From: Hyaloraphidium curvatum SAG 235-1
Taxonomy: Eukaryota > Fungi > Monoblepharomycota
Direction: 5' to 3'
Assembly (NCBI GenBank): GCA_025558095.1
Contig: JAIVFI010000018.1
Coordinates: 658,380-722,379 of the forward strand
DNA: 64,000 nt
The notes under the pieces were generated by a model. It made no database searches. It was not told the origin of the DNA and worked only from the letters and a program-made list of their open reading frames with translations. The first letter of the stretch is position 1. Every line of letters begins with the position of its first letter. This document shows positions 60,511-64,000 of this stretch, in pieces. Position numbers and translations under genes: made by a program.

Positions 60511-63355
60511 CTAAGCTAGCCCGCCCGACGCGTGCCTCTGCAGCGTCCTCCCCAGCTCCGGGCCGCCGAGCCTCCACCGCCACTCGACCGCCGCCGACGA
60601 CGCCTCGCTCCCCGCCGCGCCCGCCGCCGCCCCCGGCGCGAGCGACCCGCTCCGCCGCACGTCTGCCTCCGGGCTCGCCCATTCCTCCCCGTCCCCCGAC
60701 CCGACCGCCTCGTCCCAACCGACCAGCACGTGGCCCGCGTCCGCGTCCGCGACGAGCAGCCCCAGCTCGGTCCACATCACCGGCGCGCGGGCCTCTGGGA
60801 CGCCGGCCTGCGCGAGCTCGAGCATCCGTCCGAAACGGTCCGCACCCTCCTCCATCGTGCCGAGGAACAGCGCCATCTGCGCGGCCATCCGAGAGGAGCG
60901 GCCCGAGAGCGCCTGCTGGCGCCGCAGGACGCCCAGATCGGAACGCGCGAGCTCCGCCGACGCCTCGATGAGCGAGATCACATCCTCGCCGCCCGGTCCC
61001 CGGGCGCGCAGCCTCGCGGCGGCGCGCTGCGCGACGACCATGCGGACAAAGGCAACGGTGCCGGCAACCTGCACCGCGGGGATCTGCACCATCAGGTCCA
61101 GGTGCTCCCGCGTCGAGTCCACGGCATCCAGCTTGGAGACGAGCTCCGCCACGCGGGACGAGTGCTCCGCGGCGGTGGGAAAGTCGGGGCCCGCCAGCCA
61201 GTCCGCCGAGGAAAGCAGCGCGGATGGGTCAAGCCCGGCGCCTTTGCGCGGCGCGTGGAGGGAGATGTACGCCCAGTGCAGGCATGCTGCGTGCCAGACG
61301 TCCGCGGGGTCGGGGCGCGGGTTGACGGGGGTGAAGGGTCGTAGGTGGGCGGGGAGCATCGTCTCGTGCTGCTGCAGCGCGGCGAGCGCGCGGTTCCGCA
61401 CCGGGGAGGCCAGGAGGGGCTGCTGCAGGGGGTCGATCGAGTTGCTGAGGCAGTGCTGTTGTAAGGCGGAGGTGCGTAAGTGCACTGCCGACCGGCACGG
61501 GCCGCGTCGACTACGCGGCGTCACCCACCCAATGGTACTCGATTACCTTGCCCATCGCGACCGCCAATCGGAACCTCCACCACCTCCTGTCCCTGCCCTC
61601 TGCCGCCGCCTGCGCCGCCCGCTTCGCGCTCAGCACCTCCCGCGCCTCGCCGCCGAGCGCGGCCGCGATCTCTTCCGGGCCCTCTGCGGCGACCCACGCC
61701 GCGTCGTCGCACGGCAGCAGCAAACCCGCGACGTCGGCGTCCGCCACCACCGGCATCGGCCCGAACTTGCCCGGGAAAGGGGTGATGAGCCCGGCCACGC
61801 GATCCATGCACCACGCGTACCACGCCACGCGGCGCACGGCCTCGCGCTCGGCGAGGGTGGGGAAGGGGTGGAGGGGGTCCGGGATGCCGGCGGCCTCGAG
61901 CGCGGCGCGTGCGCGTTCCACGTCCGCTGATTCCGGCAAGGCAGGGCGCAGGATACCGTACACGCGAAGGAGGACGATGAGCAGGGCGCCAAGCTGGATC
62001 CCCAGCTGGCTCGTGCTGAAGGCGATCGAAGCGTGCCACGACATGACACAGAGCGCGCAGAGCTGCGCGGCCGTGGGCAGCCGGCCCTGGAGAAGAGGGG
62101 CGATGAGGGGCTGGAGGAGGCGCTGCGCGCGCCGGAAAAATGCGAGGCCGGTCGCGTGGCCGGACCCGGGCGTGGCACACGAGCCAGCGCCAAGCAGGGC
62201 AAAGGAGAGGAGGAGCTCGCCACCGTCCACCCGCGAGAAGAAGGTAGGAGGGTGGACAAAGTAGAGCAGCGAAGGGTTCACGCGCTCGAAGAAGGCCCCG
62301 ATGATGGCGGCGATGGCGTCCGTCGGCGGGAGCGGCGGCAGGTCGTCGAACATGCCCGGCTGCGCTTGAGGCCGAGGGGCCATCAGCACGGCGACGAGCG
62401 GCTGCAGCCCGTGCTCCGTCATGAGCCGGAGCAGGAGGGTGTCGTCAGCGGAGAAGAGGTCCCATCGCGGCGATCCCTCCGACACGACGGCTCCAGCTGG
62501 GGCCGTTGCGAGGTCCGCATCGCCGTTCCCGGTGCCATCGGCCGGCCAACGGTGCCAACCGGGACCCTGCGCGTCCCCTGGAAAAGCCAACAGGGACGAG
62601 ATGGCCATCTGGGGGCTGCGACGGCCGCTGTCCGGCACGCCGGCCGCGCCGTCCGGGGGCGATAGCTGAGGTCCCCACGGTCCCTGCGGTGCAAACGAGC
62701 GGAACGAAGACGAGGAAGAGGGGCTCCAGGAGTCCGTCGGGGGGAAGGGGGTCGAGGATGGCAGGGCGAGGGAACCCTCCGAGCGCGGGCGTTGGGACGG
62801 CGCGGCGCCCCAGAGGCCCGGTCCGCTGCGAGCACCGACACCCTGTAAGGGCACGTAACTGTCGTCCGAGGAATAGTAGGGAAGGATGGCGGGGCCGGAG
62901 ACGGGCCGGTAGTTGGCGAACGCGGCAGCCGCGGCGGGAAAGGGGTGTATCGCGTCCGCGACCGGGGCCGGCCCCGGGAGGCTGCGCCGTGGCGAATCGC
63001 GGTTCGCGACGCGTTTCTTGCCGTCCGCCACACCCGTTGGATCGTTGCCCGACGCGTCCTTCCTCTTTCGTCGGGTCTCTTTCGCCATGACCACGACGGC
63101 GCCCGGCGGATGTCGGGGTCGCGCTTCCGCCGCCCCTGCCGTGGCGTGCGATCCTCGCCGCCGGTCTACCCGGCTGTAGACGCAGTCGCCGCCACGAGAG
63201 GCGCAGCGGCCGCACCGGGGCGCTCCGCCGTCGCAGCGCCGGCGGGCCGACTTGCAAGTATCGCAGGCCCGGGAGGCCCGGAACCGATGCACGACGACCG
63301 GAGCCGGCCCGTCCGCGGCAACGCCATCTGACGGATCGACGCCAGACGCCGGCAT
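60511..63355 (-). CDS. Zn(II)2Cys6 transcription factor with fungal TF domain; last gene before the telomere
   Basis: ACDTCKSARRRCDGGAPRCGRCASRGGDCVY, FVHPPTF, ERE..RRVAW...MDR and LPCDD..W. Intron near 61470-61529. Confidence 0.85.
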
Positions 63356-63849
63356 CGCGCGACGAGCCGGAGCACCGAACGGTCGGCGGACCGAGGGGCG
63401 AAGAATCGGGATTGTGCGGGCGCGGCGTCCCGCCCGATGCCGACGATCGATCGACACGGATTCAACGGGGTCCGCTACATGTACGCCTGGATGGCTAGCT
63501 CCTCATTACACAACGGAGCTAGATGCAGTTCGCGAGCCGGCTCTGTGGCTCGCCGAGCAACTCAGCGCGTAAGCAGTACGCTTACCAAGGCCACTAGGCA
63601 TGAAAACGACAATCCCCGACGTCAAGAGCCGGCTTGGCTCACGTTTACGAGGCATGCACAGGTCATCAGCCGTTCCCCCCTGTGCTCCCCTTCAGCGACA
63701 GCATGGTGGGTCAATCACACACTTCACTGACATTGAAACCCCCAAGAGCTTTTGTCCTGGTGGGTTTCTTTCTAAAGGTTTTCCAGGCGCGCGATCGGCA
63801 GAGGTAATGCTCAACTGTGCTCTATCAGCATTGCAGGGTAGTTCTCGGG

Positions 63850-64000
63850 TTAGGTTAGGTTAGGTTAGGTTAGGTTAGGTTAGGTTAGGTTAGGTTAGGT
63901 TAGGTTAGGTTAGGTTAGGTTAGGTTAGGTTAGGTTAGGTTAGGTTAGGTTAGGTAGGTTAGGTTAGGTTAGGTTAGGTTAGGTTAGGTTAGGTTAGGTT
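63850..64000 (+). repeat. Telomeric array (TTAGG)n, right chromosome end
   Basis: About 30 tandem TTAGG units run to the window end, with one TAGG variant near 63951-63958. The G-rich strand runs 5'->3' toward the end. Confidence 0.93.

Overview
This is a GC-rich, gene-dense eukaryotic chromosome end: about 30 protein-coding genes, most with short (~45-125 bp) GT-AG/GC-AG introns, followed by a (TTAGG)n telomere at the right edge. Three Zn(II)2Cys6 factors and the THI20/THI6 fusion architectures point to a fungus, probably an early-diverging zoosporic lineage (inference). Most long ORFs in the supplied track are GC-rich shadow frames or exon fragments, so the gene models below were re-spliced by eye. 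The main result is a 5-intron gene at 37123-41822 encoding one ~1450-aa polypeptide that fuses a NuoL/NdhF-like membrane subunit (DabB/MpsA) to a DUF2309 beta-carbonic-anhydrase-like subunit (DabA/MpsB). This looks like a domesticated eukaryotic version of the prokaryotic DAB inorganic-carbon pump. About 2 kb upstream sits a head-to-head, apparently mitochondrion-targeted phosphotransacetylase/acetate kinase pair. Other points of interest are a tail-to-tail THI20/THI6 pair, an intronless 14/9-aa repeat protein, a Rap1-type Myb protein, a CENP-C cupin protein without an obvious CENP-C motif, a P450 lacking the catalytic Thr, two genes with single in-frame TAGs, and a recurring C-rich to G-rich switch near gene 3' ends.
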